Origin: Squalus acanthias | Lineage: Eukaryota | DNA: 64,000 nt | Assembly (NCBI GenBank): GCA_030390025.1 | Contig: CM059432.1 | Location: 53,756,001-53,820,000, forward strand | Direction: 5' to 3' | In this document: one piece after another, positions 34,496-47,548 of the stretch | Position numbering within the stretch: position 1 is the stretch's first letter | How the letters are laid out: every line of letters begins with the position of its first letter | Notes under the pieces: generated by a model | Told to the model about the DNA's origin: nothing | Seen by the model: the letters and a program-made list of their open reading frames with translations, nothing else | Database searches by the model: none | Made by a program: the position numbers and the translations under genes

Positions 34496-36431
34496 TTAAC
34501 TAATCATCCTTTTGCAATCCCTTAGTGTCTGTCTTTCATGTGCCCTTTCCTGATCTAGTGCTCCTACGCAGTGCGCCCCCAGTGGCTGCAGCTTAGCTGG
34601 TGGAAGGCTGCTGAGTTTCTGTGGGGGACACTTCAGATGGCCTTGCAGGACGACCTTGACCAGCTGTGGACCTAGAAGGCCTGGCTGTAGACTGCACCAC
34701 CTTGGCATGTGCGGCAGCAGTCTGGGCTGGCTGGCTGACAGGTAGCGGCAAGGGCACTGGTGGAGTGGCAGTGGTGGGAGCAGGAATGCTATCATCCTGA
34801 GAGAGGACAGCAGTTTTCTGCTCCACAGACCCACTGCCACTCCTCCAGGGCGGCGGCGCCTCAGCATCCCTAGCAATCTGTTGGAGCATAGATTGCTGGC
34901 CTACTGTGACACCATGAAAGCCCCGGGCAACGGTGGTAGACCCAGCCACGATGGCAGCAGTCAGAGCTTGGGTGGCATCACACTGAGACTGCATGAGAGC
35001 AGCCAGAGCTTGGATACCACCAAGCAGAGACAGTGTGAGAGCAGTCTGAGCTTCCGCTATAGCACTAAGATGTTGGGTCGCTTCCGCCTGTGCTGCAATG
35101 GAAGCTGCGACATCGCTCATCATGCGCGCCATCACGTCTGGGTCGCCAGTCTCTTTGGGAGTGCACCGTCATTTCCAGACTGGAAATCCTGGGCTCCATT
35201 TTCCGCGCAGAGCCCCGTGCAATGTTGGAGGCGGACTCCTCCACGCTCCTTGCCATTGCCGAGAGGCTCTCGGGCACCCTTGCCATTGCACCTATCATTT
35301 CCGTGTGCTTACCTCACCCTTATTCTGAAGGCCTCCCCATTGAGGTCCTCATCCGAGTCCTGTGCAGCAGAACCTGCGCGCGAACTTGCCCTCCGGGGAG
35401 CTGGCCCCTGAGCTACCCTTTCCTCCTGGTCTTGCTGCAGCCCACTCGTACCCGGTGCCTCACCCTGTGCAGATCCCGCTACTATACCAGCCTCTAAAGA
35501 AAGCATAGTGCCAGTATCTGAGCTGGTGTCTGTGAGTGACAGATGCAGTGACGTGGTGTCTTCTTCTTCTTCTTCTTCTTCTTCTTCTCCCCCCTCACTC
35601 TCTGCGGTGCCCTCAGGGACAGGCTGCTCGGGTGCTTGTTGATTATCTGAAAGCAGAAAGGCACAAGAGTCGGGTTAAGGTGAGGGGAGGGGGCAGCAAG
35701 GCAGAAATACATGCATACAGCATGATTAGCTTAAAAGTGAGAAGAAATTGTGGACTGAGGGGGAAGTGGAATGTGAGAAGAAGGAATAGGGATGAACACA
35801 CCTTTGTTGTCCCCAAGGGGGTCAACGTCTCCAGTGGCCACGGTGCCGACGACCTGGTGCCCAATGATCTGCAGCACTCGAGTCTCCAACTAGCTCAGCC
35901 CTTCAATGTGGGCTTGTCCCTCGCCTGTCCGCTCCTGCTCCCTCTGTTGTGAGCCACCTTGGCCTGCAAGAGAAAAGAAAGTGTGTGAGTGAGTGTGGAG
36001 CAATGTGTTTGGGTGATGTGCCTGCCATAGTTGAATAGCTGTCTTTGTGTGCAAGGTGTGAGATGTGGGTGATTGTTGCTAGGTAGTGCTTGTTGGTGGG
36101 TGAGTGCTGGGGGTGTGGTGCATTGAGCAGTTTGTGAAGCTTGTGGTACAGATGGTGGTATGTAGCATTTGTTGAAGCCTTCAGTCACCCTGACCACCCG
36201 TGTGAGGTCGTTAAACTTTCTCCTGTACTGGGTGTGGGTCCTGCGGACCACAGTGCTGCCCGTGACGTGGTGTGCCACCTCCCTCCACATACTCTGGTAG
36301 ACTTGTGGCGAGGGCCTCCTGCTAGTTGGTGGGTATAGGACCGCCCACCTTCTCTCCACCACTAAAACCAATGCTTGAAGAGCTTCATTGGAGAACCTCC
36401 AGGCTCTCTCCCTGGGGCGGCGATCTGCCAT
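34496..36431 (-). pseudogene. Harbinger D Myb/SANT-like partner gene (3 exons, degraded)
   Basis: MADRRPRERAWRFS..L..LV..VERR..LYP...W.EVA..V......RT.TQ.RRKFNDL followed by a GT donor; exon 2 begins AKVAHNR; frameshifted exon 3. Confidence 0.8.
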
Positions 36432-36619
36432 CAGGATTTGTAAAGAACTCTTCCTTCTCCTTTACCTTCTTCTTATGGTTGTTGAGGCAGCTGCACACCC
36501 AACAATCTTGACAATGAGCTGCTGCAACTTCAATGAACCTCCCCTTTAAGTAGTGAAAAAAGCCTGTGGCAATCATTACTTGCAATTAGACTGCCCCCAG
36601 TATTGGTCCAGCTTTTCAG

Positions 36620-36880
36620 TGTACTCTTTTGATGCACACGATAAACAAATAAACTGTAACTTAACTTAAAACTTTAAAGGAAACTTAACAAATTAAATTG
36701 AAATTTGATTGTCTGGGGTGATGATGCACTCCAGTCCCTGTGGTGCCCACCGGTTGCGGAAGGCCTCGAGCGTGCCAGCGGACACCGCGTGCTCCATCTC
36801 CAGGGCCACCCGGGCGTGAACGTGGCCGCAGAAGAGAGGCAGGCATTGGTTTTTGTAGTGCCTTGATTCCTCTCATGGTG
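36620..36880 (-). mobile_element. Tx1/L1-like LINE 3' fragment
   Basis: Minus frame CLPLFCGHVHARVALEMEHAVSAGTLEAFRNRWAPQGLEC...* resembles Tx1-type ORF2 C-termini, followed by a T-rich 3'UTR. Confidence 0.55.
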
Positions 36881-37262
36881 AGTTCCTGAATTCAGTCACA
36901 ACATCAGTGAGAGATCCCCAGCAGAAGGCAGGCAGCTCCCCACAGACGGAGGGGTAAAATCAGAGGGGCAGGTCACTGCAAGCCATTCATTTACAGGCCT
37001 ATTAGCAGATGGTGACCAAGTGACATCACCAGACATGAGATAACAAACAGCTTACTTCCTTCCACTCTTTCATCTATGATTGTGACATGGAAGAGCAAAG
37101 GGAGTATGTTTTATACTCCTGTGATTTTTTCACAAAAAATAGTGAAACAAGAAACTATCCCAAAAAGGAGAAACATAATATATTGAATATAAATAATGTC
37201 CCTAATGGTGCTGGTATACTGAGATTTACATTCAGCTGTTTAGCAACAATGACAGTGAAGTG

Positions 37263-37462
37263 ATAACAACAGAAAACGCTGGAAAAACTCAGCAGGCCAG
37301 GCAGCATCCGTAGAGAGAGAAAGAGAGTTGACGTTTCAGGTCGATGACCTTTCATCAGAACTGGGAAGAGCTGGAAATCAAATAGATTTAAGGCCAGGGT
37401 AAAGCTGGGAAAAGGGGGAGGGGATAAAGGAACAAAGGAGGAGATGAAGAGACATTAAGAGA
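37263..37462 (-). mobile_element. Penelope-like 3' terminal fragment with hammerhead motif (37326-37362)
   Basis: Reverse complement of ~28530-28730, including the CTGATGA...GAAACGTC core. Confidence 0.8.
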
Positions 37463-37960
37463 TAGATAGTGTTGTCATTGGCAGGACACATTACAACATG
37501 AATTTAAAACAACTTTACACTATTGTCAAAGCTTGGCAACACCTACAGTGTAGTTAAGATATTACAACCCTTCCAGAGCAATTTAATAGAAAATACCATG
37601 GGGAAGAAATTCGGTATCGCCCCGTTTGGGGCGCACTTATCGACCGGGCGCAAAGTTTAGCGCCTGGCGCAAATTATCGCCTCCGACTGCAAACTTGGCT
37701 TCTATCGCCCCTGAAGGTGATTGGAGCGCTAAATCAAGTGCTATACACCTGTCTTAAGGCGCAAAGGCCGAGGAGTGAGGTGCTAACTCAGAGCGCAGGC
37801 GAAGCTCAGGTGATGTCAGTTAGCGATGGAACACAGACACACTGGCGCCAGCAAGTTCTTAAAGGGGAGGGTTGATCTTGCTCTCGAGCCACACCCTGCT
37901 CATTGCAGCCTTGAATCTCGGCCTGGGCAGACCTGTGCATCGATTCTGCAGCAAAGGGCT

Positions 37961-39721
37961 ATGGAGAGGGTCAGGGAGCGAGCTCAGCGCTTCAGCGACC
38001 GGGCCTTGGTGGCTCTGGTTGGTGCAGTGGAGCGCAGAAGAGCTATACTGTACCCAGAGAGTGGCAGGAGGCCATTGCCACATGACTACAGAAGAGTGTG
38101 GAGGGAGGTGGCTCATCACGTCTCCTCCAGGAGCATGGTGCCCAGGACCCATACACAATGTCGGAAAAAGTTCAACGACCTCACTCGGGTTGTCAGGGTG
38201 AGTGGCAGTTTTTCAATACCTCTCTATCCCTCCATCTCAACCTCACTCTATGGCCAGAGGGTGTAAAAACCCCAATGCCCAACACTCACCCAAGTCCTAT
38301 GGCCATCTCATAAAACACACACGCACATTCCACACCTTGCATACATTAAGGGCTATTCAACTATGGGAGGCACATCAGGCAAGCACTTGGCTGTATATTT
38401 ACACAGACGTCTTACTTTTTCTTGCAGGCCAAGCTATCTCACAGCAGGTGGCAGCAGCAACAGACGGGTGGAGGGCCGCCTCAGCTACAAACACTCAGCG
38501 ATCTTGAGGCGCGTGTCCACAGGATCATCGCAAGGTGATCGGTCCCGTCGCCGCTGGAGAGGCCGACCCCGTTTGGGACAGCAATGGTAAGTTCATCAGC
38601 TTTCTCTCCTCTCTCATTCTACTTGTCCCTTACAACACCAGCCTTTTACACTTTCAATCCAACTTACTAAATCGCTCCACTCCTTCCTCCCTTACTGCCC
38701 CCCTGTCCTGACGCTAAACCACTCTTGTAACTCCCTGCTTTCAGATGGTGATTCACCAGCTGAGGAGACAGGCCCTCAAGCAGCCAGTGGGAGCGAAGCC
38801 GCAGGCGAGGAGGAAGAGGAAGCCGGAGCCTCAGCGCCACCCTCTCCTGAGGAAGCCCATGCCCACACTGGGAACACATCTTCCCTGGAGGGGAGCAGGG
38901 GGGAAGGGTCCGATGAGGGTGAAGCTCCAGGACCCAGCGGACTGCAGCAGCGCGATGGTGGTAGGGAAGCTCGGGGGCCTTCTCCCCGGAGGGAGAGCAG
39001 ACCGGTGAGTCCTGCTGCACTGGACGCAGAGGAGGAGCGGCTCATCGCTGAAATGAACACCCAGGTGGTGAACATGCACACTCAGCTCATGGGTACAATG
39101 GGAAGGGTGCCTGAAAACATTGATGCACTGGGAAGGAGTGTGGAGCACTCCGCTGCAGCACAGGCGGACGCAACGCAACTGCTTAGTGCTGCAATTCAGT
39201 CACTGGCTGCTGCGATCCAATCTCAGATTGCTCTCATGCAGTCTCAGATTGAGGCAACACAAGCACTGACTGCTGCCATTGTCGCTGGTTCGGACACATT
39301 GCCCCGGGGCTCTCACGGCGCTGCAACAGGCCAGCAATCTGTGCTCGAGCAGATTGCTCCGCATGCTGAGGTGCTGCCCCGTGGGAGTGCCAGTGTGTCG
39401 GTCGAGCAGGGAGGTGCTGTCCTCTCTCAGGATTACAGCTTTCCTGCTCCCACCACTGTCACTTCCCCATTGTACTTGCCACCGCCTGTAGCCCAGACTG
39501 CTGCCGCCCATGCAGAGTTGGAGTAGTCTGCAGCCGGGGCCTCCAGGCCCAGAGCTGGTCAAGGGCGTCCTTCAAGGGTATCTGTAGTCTCAGGATCTGA
39601 CATTCAGCAGCCTTCCACCAGCCTTGCTGCAGCCACTGGGGCCCCATTACGGAGGAGCAGTAGGGTGGGAAGGGGGGAAGTGCGCAAGGGAAGGAGATCA
39701 CCCTCGAAAGGCAAAAAGTAG
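37961..39721 (+). pseudogene. Harbinger A Myb/SANT partner gene (exons 37961-38197, 38428-38586, 38745-~39721), disabled
   Basis: GT-AG introns in the same positions as in copy B. Exon 2 is 4 nt shorter than in B (frameshift), and there is a premature TAG at 39524-39526. Confidence 0.85.
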
Positions 39722-40033
39722 GAGGTCTTCAGAAATGCTGGGAATGTCTTTATTAAAGGGTGAGGTTCATCTCATAACTTTTGTTTATTGTTTTCGCCAT
39801 TATCTCCAGGTTGTGAGAACCAGTTATGTTAATTTATGATTTGTTGTGTTTGTTTCTATTAGTTTGTCATGAAGAAATGACACACACAGAGTTTGTAAAA
39901 TAAAAAAGTTGTTGTTTTCAAAATGTACATGTTTGACCTTTGGAACCATTGCTGCCTTGGCCGGCTACAGGGGTTGCAGGTTGCTTTCCATCATGTTGTT
40001 CTCCATGCCAGAAGCCATTTTCTGAGTAGGGGC

Positions 40034-41266
40034 CTAGAATCGGCTTGTTATCAGCCGTTGATGGACGGCCCTTGAAGTTTCAAGATTGTGGGCCTCCCTC
40101 CCGCCTTGGTGCTGCTGCTGATCATCCTCCTCCTCTTCCTCCTCCTCTTCCTTCTCCTCCTCCTCCGGTGGTGCTCCAAGGCCTGGTGGCATTGGCTGGG
40201 TCCTGAGGATTGCAAGGTTATGAAGAATGCAGCAAACAACTATGAAGAGGGAGACTCGCTCAGGAGAGTACTGCAGGGCTCCTCCTGAGTGGTCCAGACA
40301 GCGGAACCATTGCTTGAGCACGCCGATCGTCTGCTCAACGATGTTCCTGGTGGCGAGATGGCTCTCGTTGTACCGCAGCTCAGCAGGGGTGTTGGGGGTA
40401 TGGAGCAGTGTCATCAGCCAGGTGCATAGTGGATAACCCTTGTCCCCGAGGAGCCAACCACTTGGCTGATGCGCTGCCTGGAAAAGCTCTGGCACACCAG
40501 TCTGGCGCAGGATGAAAGCATCGTGGCTGCTGCCAGGATAGCGGACATTGACAGCGAGTATCAGCTGTCTGTGGTCACAGACCAACTGGACAATTAAGGA
40601 GTGGAACCCCTTACGGTTTCGGAAAACCTCTGCATTCTCATGCGGTGCCCGCAATGCCACATGCGTGCAGTCAATGGCACCCTGCACCATGGGGAAGCCC
40701 GCTATCCTCACAAAGCCGAATGAGCGTTCATGCTGTTTGGCCCGGGTCATCGGGAAAGAGATGTACTGTCGTCTCCTTTTATAGAGGGCATTTGTGACCT
40801 GACGGATACAGTAATGGACAGCGAACTGGGAGATATTGGCGATGTCCCCAGTAGCTGCTTGAAAGGAGCCAGTGGCATAAAAATTCAGAGCCACTGTGAC
40901 CTTCACTGCCACCGACAGAGACGTCCTGGTACTCAGTTGAGGCTGCAGATCTGGTTGCAGCAGGTGGCAGAGCTCAGTGACCACCTCCTTGCTGAAGCGC
41001 AGCCTGCGCAAACACTGCTCCTCAGACAAATTAATGTAGGAGAATAGTTCCCGGAATACCCTGGGAGGGTAAGGTCTCCTATGCAGAGGCCTGTTGGCCC
41101 TCCTCCCTCTGGCCATGATTGCCACTCTCTCTCTGCGTCTCTGATGCCTCCGATTCTGCAGGCGCAGGACGACGTCCTGAATCAGTGCAGCCCCCAAAGT
41201 CTCTTGACAATCGAAGGAATGAAGGTCAAATCCAAAAGAACCTGCAAAGTGATGCTCTTTAGCCAA
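40034..41266 (-). CDS. Harbinger A DDE transposase (HARBI1-like), open frame
   Basis: 410 open codons with GAIDCTH, SHD, GDKGY and VEQTIG. The ATG used in copy B reads TTG here; the next ATG gives MARGRR. Confidence 0.85.
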   Translation of the reverse strand: MAKEHHFAGSFGFDLHSFDCQETLGAALIQDVVLRLQNRRHQRRRERVAIMARGRRANRPLHRRPYPPRVFRELFSYINLSEEQCLRRLRFSKEVVTELCHLLQPDLQPQLSTRTSLSVAVKVTVALNFYATGSFQAATGDIANISQFAVHYCIRQVTNALYKRRRQYISFPMTRAKQHERSFGFVRIAGFPMVQGAIDCTHVALRAPHENAEVFRNRKGFHSLIVQLVCDHRQLILAVNVRYPGSSHDAFILRQTGVPELFQAAHQPSGWLLGDKGYPLCTWLMTLLHTPNTPAELRYNESHLATRNIVEQTIGVLKQWFRCLDHSGGALQYSPERVSLFIVVCCILHNLAILRTQPMPPGLGAPPEEEEKEEEEEEEEDDQQQHQGGREAHNLETSRAVHQRLITSRF

Positions 41267-41617
41267 AACTACTTCACACAGCGTTGACTCTCTGTAGAAG
41301 TCTCTCTCCCTGTCAGAATGAGTGGTGCAAAATTGTCTCCCACAATAAAAGGCAGGAAGAGGGCGCCTTTAAATAGCGCCCCCCCCCCCCCCCCCCCCAG
41401 CCCCTTACCGACTGCAACACGTTCCACTCTCCCTGTCGTTGCTTGCGGTAGGCGGAAAGGAAGGGGCCGCCACTCAATATCCGGTCCGGGGCGCCACCGG
41501 GGCGTTGCACGCTTGACTGACGTCACGATCTGTGGGCACAGGAGATCGTGGCAGTAGAGTTTAGCACCGCCGCAAAAACTCCACGCCCGGTCGCTAGTTG
41601 CTTTGCGTCCCATTAGC

Positions 41618-43065
41618 AGTGCCAACATCAGTGGGTGCATGTGTCTCAAGGATTTTTTGACTTTTAAAATGGATATGTACCCTTTTAAAATGGAGACACA
41701 CGTGGGCTGCGTTTTAAAAATGGAGTTTGGACTTTTGGACTTTAAAAGGGACTGCCTGTTGGTTTCTGTGAAGATAGCAGGAACTGTCTGTCTTTTAGGT
41801 TGCCATGGGACCTGTCTCAACGCTGACATCATGAAAGGCAGGAGCCTTTTCACATTCGAACTTGTGTGATTTGGGGAAAACCACCTTTTGTCCATGGAGC
41901 CAGGATGTCTGGATGGACAATGAGGGTTGCAGGCCAAAAGTAACACCTCTGGACTCTTTCAATGAAGGAGCAGTCAAGAACTTAACAAACAGTTAGCAAT
42001 TCGAGAACTGCTCATCTACAGTAATGGCCTACCATTGTTTTCTTCAAGATGACCAATCCGGGACGAAGACATCACCAGGAAGGCCAACTAGCATCTCTGC
42101 GACCATGGTAACCAGGAATCGCCCAGCAAGTTTTGTGTATTGCACGGGGTATAAACATGCTGAATTTTGGGGATGCTTGCTTGCTTGCTTTTCTCTACCA
42201 TCTGTAACGGGGTTCTCCGCGTAACCACGCGTCCGTCAACTCTCCAGGAACGCCCGAACTGAGTGCCTCGTCGTACTGCCTGAACGTAACTCTCTAGGCC
42301 TCATCACATGCCTATGTTAGGCACGGTTTTGTCTCTGGAGTCGAACGGAGCCGGGACCGCGTGAATCAACGACAAGGGCTGGTTATTATATCCAGCATAC
42401 ACCTCCAAAAATCCCCAGGACCGCAAGTGTCTAAGACGCAGGCTAACACGGGTGTGTGTGTGAGGAGGCTTCCAAGTGTGGGTTCTGACCAAACCGGGAG
42501 AGGGATTTAGTTAGAAGGGTTTTTCCATTATCTAGGCTTAGATTCTGGGAAGGGGTTGGTTCGGCATAACCATCAGGGTTGGTATTTTAGTCTAAGGTTG
42601 TAAGCTAGTGTCCACGGTCACCTACTCGTTCTGCCGTAAGCGAGAGGAATAGGGGTTGTCGTTTGTGAGTGTAATAAAAGAAATCGACCTTTGACCAACC
42701 TGAACCGTTTTGTTTTGTCTGAATCATTTATAATCTATCCATAGTAACTCCTTGTGTCCGAACTTGGGGGTTATGGGGCTTGTGGTTTGCGGTATAATTC
42801 GGAAGACCAACCGGGTGGCATCCGGTCACGGCCGGGTTACACAGTAATCCCGCTGGGGACGCTGCGCATCGGGCATAGGAGAAGACCTATCTGGCCTTGG
42901 TCTCTCTCTCTGTGTGGGATTACCCGCTAATCGACGGGCTGGGCAGGGACTATTGGCAAAAGCTCCTGCCGTCCAAGGGAAACAACCCAAACCGGGGAGT
43001 TTTTGTGGCACGGGTCGACTCAAGGGAGAGTCATAGAAACGCGGGGCACGCAAAAACACCCTACA
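41618..43065 (+). mobile_element. LTR-like non-coding insertion in the right subterminal region of Harbinger A
   Basis: Absent from the derivative at 14290-14310. TG (41640)...CA (43065) ends; repeated TTTTAAAATGGA near 41660-41725; TATAAA ~42150; AATAAA ~42673. No convincing TSD. Confidence 0.5.
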
Positions 43066-46000
43066 GCGCCCTCTTAGGGCGCTAACGGGAGGCGCAAAGC
43101 AACCGGATTTTCCCCCCCATGTCTTGTTTTCATTTTAAGTATTAATTTAAATGTTACTTTTTATATCCAAAGAATTTTTTTTTAAGTTTCAGCAGTCTAT
43201 ACATAAATTCAGTACATAACTGGAAATGCCCTGGTTGTCTTTCTCCTCCTGCCACTGCTCCCGTAGGCTCCCCCATACTTCTCTCCCTTTCTCTTGAACA
43301 ATACAGCTAGAATACCAGAAAAATACGCAGATGTGTTATTGAGTACCTGAACAGTGCCCACCATGACGGCATTGCCCAGAGGCTCATAGTATCAGTTTAA
43401 TTACAAAATGCATAGCAATGCCTGTGCCATCTTCTTCTTTCACAGGAAGCCCAAGAGCAGAGACCAATTATGAGAGATTATCATGCTCCTTTCAACACTT
43501 TGCATCAGTTAAACTAGGTACAACCCCAGTCAGGCACATTTTGAAGGATATTAATGAGGTTTGCGGAGGGAACGTAGTGCGAATCAATAGTGGTGTAACT
43601 TTCTATTCATAGTTAAATACAGGAAATCCCCTGATTGTTTCCCTCAGAACGAGAAATGTTTTTATGATTAGTAGCTTCATGCTGTGCAGTAAAGATGGCT
43701 GCTGAACACAGACCTTTGAAGCTCCGCAGTTTTTCCTAGTTTGTTTGTAACTGAATTTAATAACAAACACTACATCACTGATCAGAAGTGAGGAAGTGGC
43801 ACAATTGCTACATGAAATATGAAATCCCTTTATTGGCGATCTAACATAGTGAATAACCTGTTTAAAATAAAAAGGATACTATCTCCATTAAAATACCAAA
43901 ATAATTTTATACAAGGCATTAATTGTTCATACACTATGTTAGAAAAGAGTAATATCAAGGCTAAAATGATTACACCTTAATGCACAACAAACACATGCAT
44001 TACCTCTGATGCTCAGAGCAAACTGAAGTCTTTTATTTTGAACCATGCAGATCTGTCATGCAATGCCCCATTTGTTTGTGTCAAGGGATAGTTTGTAGGC
44101 TCTGCCTCCCCCTCTCCCCTTGGGCCCAGAAAAGTTTGTTACATTTTTCTGAAATGTTTTCTAGGGCTTCTATGAACTAGTTAGAGAAGCAGGATTTCCT
44201 AAACTTTACTGTGACAATTTTCAAAGTTTTCTGTAATCCAGAACCGGCTCCTCCTCCCGCTGTCTTCACCTACCGGCAAAGCGACTGCGGCTTCCCCGCT
44301 CAGGCCATCAGTTAAAATTGTAGTCGGGTACCAATGACATCATCACAATCCGACACACATATATAAAGAAGGACCTCTCCACCTTTGGGTGGGTGTATTT
44401 GCTGCCTGCTCAATAAAGCAGGTTCATATTCGGAATGGTGGGTTCCTGGTGGGCAAGTAAATGATCCCCATCATCTTGATTGTCAGTCATAAAATCCTAC
44501 AAAATAAGGGCATTAAATATTGGCGAATACAAAAGCAAAATACTACGGATGCTGGAAATCTGAAATGATTGAATTTTTTGAGGAGGTAACAAGGAGGGTA
44601 GATGAGGGTAGTGCATTTGATGTAGTGTATATGGACTTTAGCAAGGCTTTTGATAAGGTTCCACATGGCAGACTGGTCACGAAGTTAAAAGCCCATGGAA
44701 TCCAGGGCAAAGTGTCAAGTTGGATTCAAAACTGGCTCGGAGACAGGAAGCAGAGGGTAATGGTTGATGGGTGTTTTTGTGACTGGAAGGCTGTTTCCAG
44801 TGGGGTTCCACAGGGCTCAGTACTAGGTCCCTTGCTTTTTGTGGTATATATCAACAGATCTTGACTTGAATATAGGGGGTATGATTAAGAAGTTTGCAGA
44901 TGAGACTAAAATCGGCTGTGTGGTTAATACTGAAGAAGGAAACTGTAGACTGCAGGAAGATATCAATAAATTGGTCAGGTGGGCAGAACAGTGGCAAATG
45001 GAATTCAATCCGGAGAAGTGTGAGGTAATGGCCCAGAAATTGATCTCGCTCTGTTCCCGCGGGGGTAAGCCTTCCCCGCGATCTCTCACCTCGCTTGTGC
45101 TTTTTCAGATCCAGCCCGCACGAACTTGATGTTCCAGACATCAGCCGGGCAGTGCTTGCGTATCCCACCGGCGTCGTGAATTCGTGCGAGCTGTGGGATC
45201 ACGTGACTCAGTTAGAGCCAATGGCAGCACACCATCTTCCATTCATAAGTTTCACAGCACGGCTGTGAAATCTATGAATCTTACACCCCCCCAAAATAAC
45301 AGCTAAACCTCAATTAAATTTTAAAAAAAACCATCACATTAATAAAATAAGTATAGTAAAATAAATTAACCATTTTAAATAAAAAATTAAATTTTTGAAA
45401 AAATTTAAAATCTTTTAAAAAGTTATAAAAATAAATTTACCTGTCTTTAAAGTCTCTAAAAAAGATATACCTGTAAAAAAAAATTCAAAAAAATACTTAA
45501 TTCACTACTTACCTTGTTAAAAGTGGGTCTTACTCCTCCTTTTTACATTTCTAAAATCTTCAGTACTTACCTGCGCGTCCAAAGCATGAAGTGCACAGCG
45601 TGCGCGCAGCCTGTAGCGCGCACGCGATGCACCGAGGAACCGCCCCCTTTTCAAAAGAGCTATTGCCGGTTTTCAGCGCATGCGCAGGGCATGCAGAAAA
45701 CCGGCAATTGCAGAGGGAATACGCGAGAGTACGCAGTGCGTACTCTCGCGCACCGGGATGAATTTTTGGGCCAATGCATTTGGGGAGGGCTAATAAGGAA
45801 AGGGAATACACATTGGCCCAGAAATTGATCTCGCTCTGTTCCCGCGGGGGTAAGGCTTCCCCGCGATCTCTCACTCCGCGTGTGCTTTTTCAGATCCAGC
45901 TCGCACGAACTTGATGTTCCAGACATCAGCCGGGCAGTGCTTGCGTATCCCACCGGCGTAGTGAATTCGTGCGAGCTGTGGGATCACGTGACTCAGTTAG

Positions 46001-47402
46001 AGCCAATGGCAGCACACCATCTTCCATTCATAAGTTTCACAGCACGGCTGTGGAATCTATGAATCTTACACCCCCCCAAAATAACAGCTAAACCTCAATT
46101 AAATTTTTTTAAAAACCATCACATTAATAAAATAAGTATAGTTAAATAAATTAACCATTTTAAATAAAAAATTAAATTTTTGAAAAAATTTAAAATCTTT
46201 TAAAAAGTTATAAAAATAAACTTACCTGTCTTTAAAGTCTCTAAAAAAGATATACCTGTAAAAAAAAAATCAAAAAAATACTTAATTCACTACTTACCTT
46301 GTTAAAAGTGGGTCTTACTCCTCCTTTTTACATTTCTAAAATCTTCAGTACTTACCTGCGCGTCCAAAGCATGAAGTGCACAGCGTGCGCGCAGCCTGTA
46401 GCGCGCACGCGATGCACCGAGGAACCGCCCCCTTTTCAAAAGAGCAATTGCCGGTTTTCAGCGCATGCGCAGGGCATGCAGAAAACCGGCAATTGCAGAG
46501 GGAATACGCGAGAGTACGCAGTGCGTACTCTCGCGCACCGGGATGAATTTTTGGGCCAATGCATTTGGGGAGGGCTAATAAGGAAAGGGAATACACATTG
46601 GCCCAGAAATTGATCTCGCTCTGTTCCCGCGGGGGTAAGGCTTCCCCGCGATCTCTCACTCCGCGTGTGCTTTTTCAGATCCAGCTCGCACGAACTTGAT
46701 GTTCCAGACATCAGCCGGGCAGTGCTTGCGTATCCCACCGGCGTAGTGAATTCGTGCGAGCTGTGGGATCACGTGACTCAGTTAGAGCCAATGGCAGCAC
46801 ACCATCTTCCATTCATAAGTTTCACATACGTGCTGTGAAATCTATGAATCTTACACCCCCCCAAAATAACAGCTAAACCTCAATTAAATAAAAAAAAACC
46901 ATCACATTAATAAAATAAGTATAGTTAAATAAATTAACCATTTTAAATAAAAAATTAAATTTTTGAAAAAATTTAAAATCTTTTAAAAAGTTATAAAAAT
47001 AAATTTACCTGTCTTTAAAGTCTCTAAAAAAGATATACCTGTTAAAAAAAATTCAAAAAAATACTTAATTCACTACTTACCTTGTTAAAAGTGGGTCTTA
47101 CTCCTCCTTTTTCCATTTCTAAAATCTTCCGTACTTACCTGCGCGTCCAAAGCACGAAGTGCACAGCATGCGCGCAGCCTGTAGCGCGCACGCGATGCAC
47201 CGAGGAACCGCCCCCTTTTCAAAAGACCAAGGGGTAAAAATTCAGTTGGTTGCGCCTCCCGTTAGCGCCTTAAGAGGGCGCTAATGGGGCGCAAAGCCGC
47301 TAACGCCCGGGCGCAGCGATGTTTGCGCCGCTCGGGAACTTAACTTGACATTGTGCGGCGGCGCTAAAACATACCGCTGCGACCACCTGCGCGCGCAGAA
47401 TG

Positions 47403-47548
47403 TGACGTCATTCCATGGTGCAACGCCCTTGTGGCGCCCCGGAGCGGAAATTGAGTGGCGCCCCCTGCCTTACCGCCTGGCGCTTCCAACGACCGGAAGA
47501 CTGGAACGCTATCAATCGCTGTGGGGCTGGGGGGGGGCGCTATTTAAA
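47403..47548 (+). promoter_or_regulatory. Putative transposase promoter: CRE (TGACGTCA 47403-47410) and TATA-like TATTTAAA (47541-47548)
   Basis: The same motif pair is present in Harbinger A (41518-41525, 41368-41375) and in the derivative (14164-14171, 14045-14052). Confidence 0.5.

Larger units (their letters stand above)
37600..43117. mobile_element. Harbinger A, near full length
   Basis: TIRs GGGGAAGAAATTCGG / CCGGATTTTCCCCCC; TSD cat/cat; convergent Myb (+) and transposase (-) genes; ~1.45-kb insert near the right end. Confidence 0.92.

Noticed and set aside
45030..47230. Repeat-spacer-repeat pattern suggesting a CRISPR-like array
   Set aside because: Repeats are 743-bp MITEs and the two spacers are identical CR1 sequence; eukaryotic context and no cas genes.
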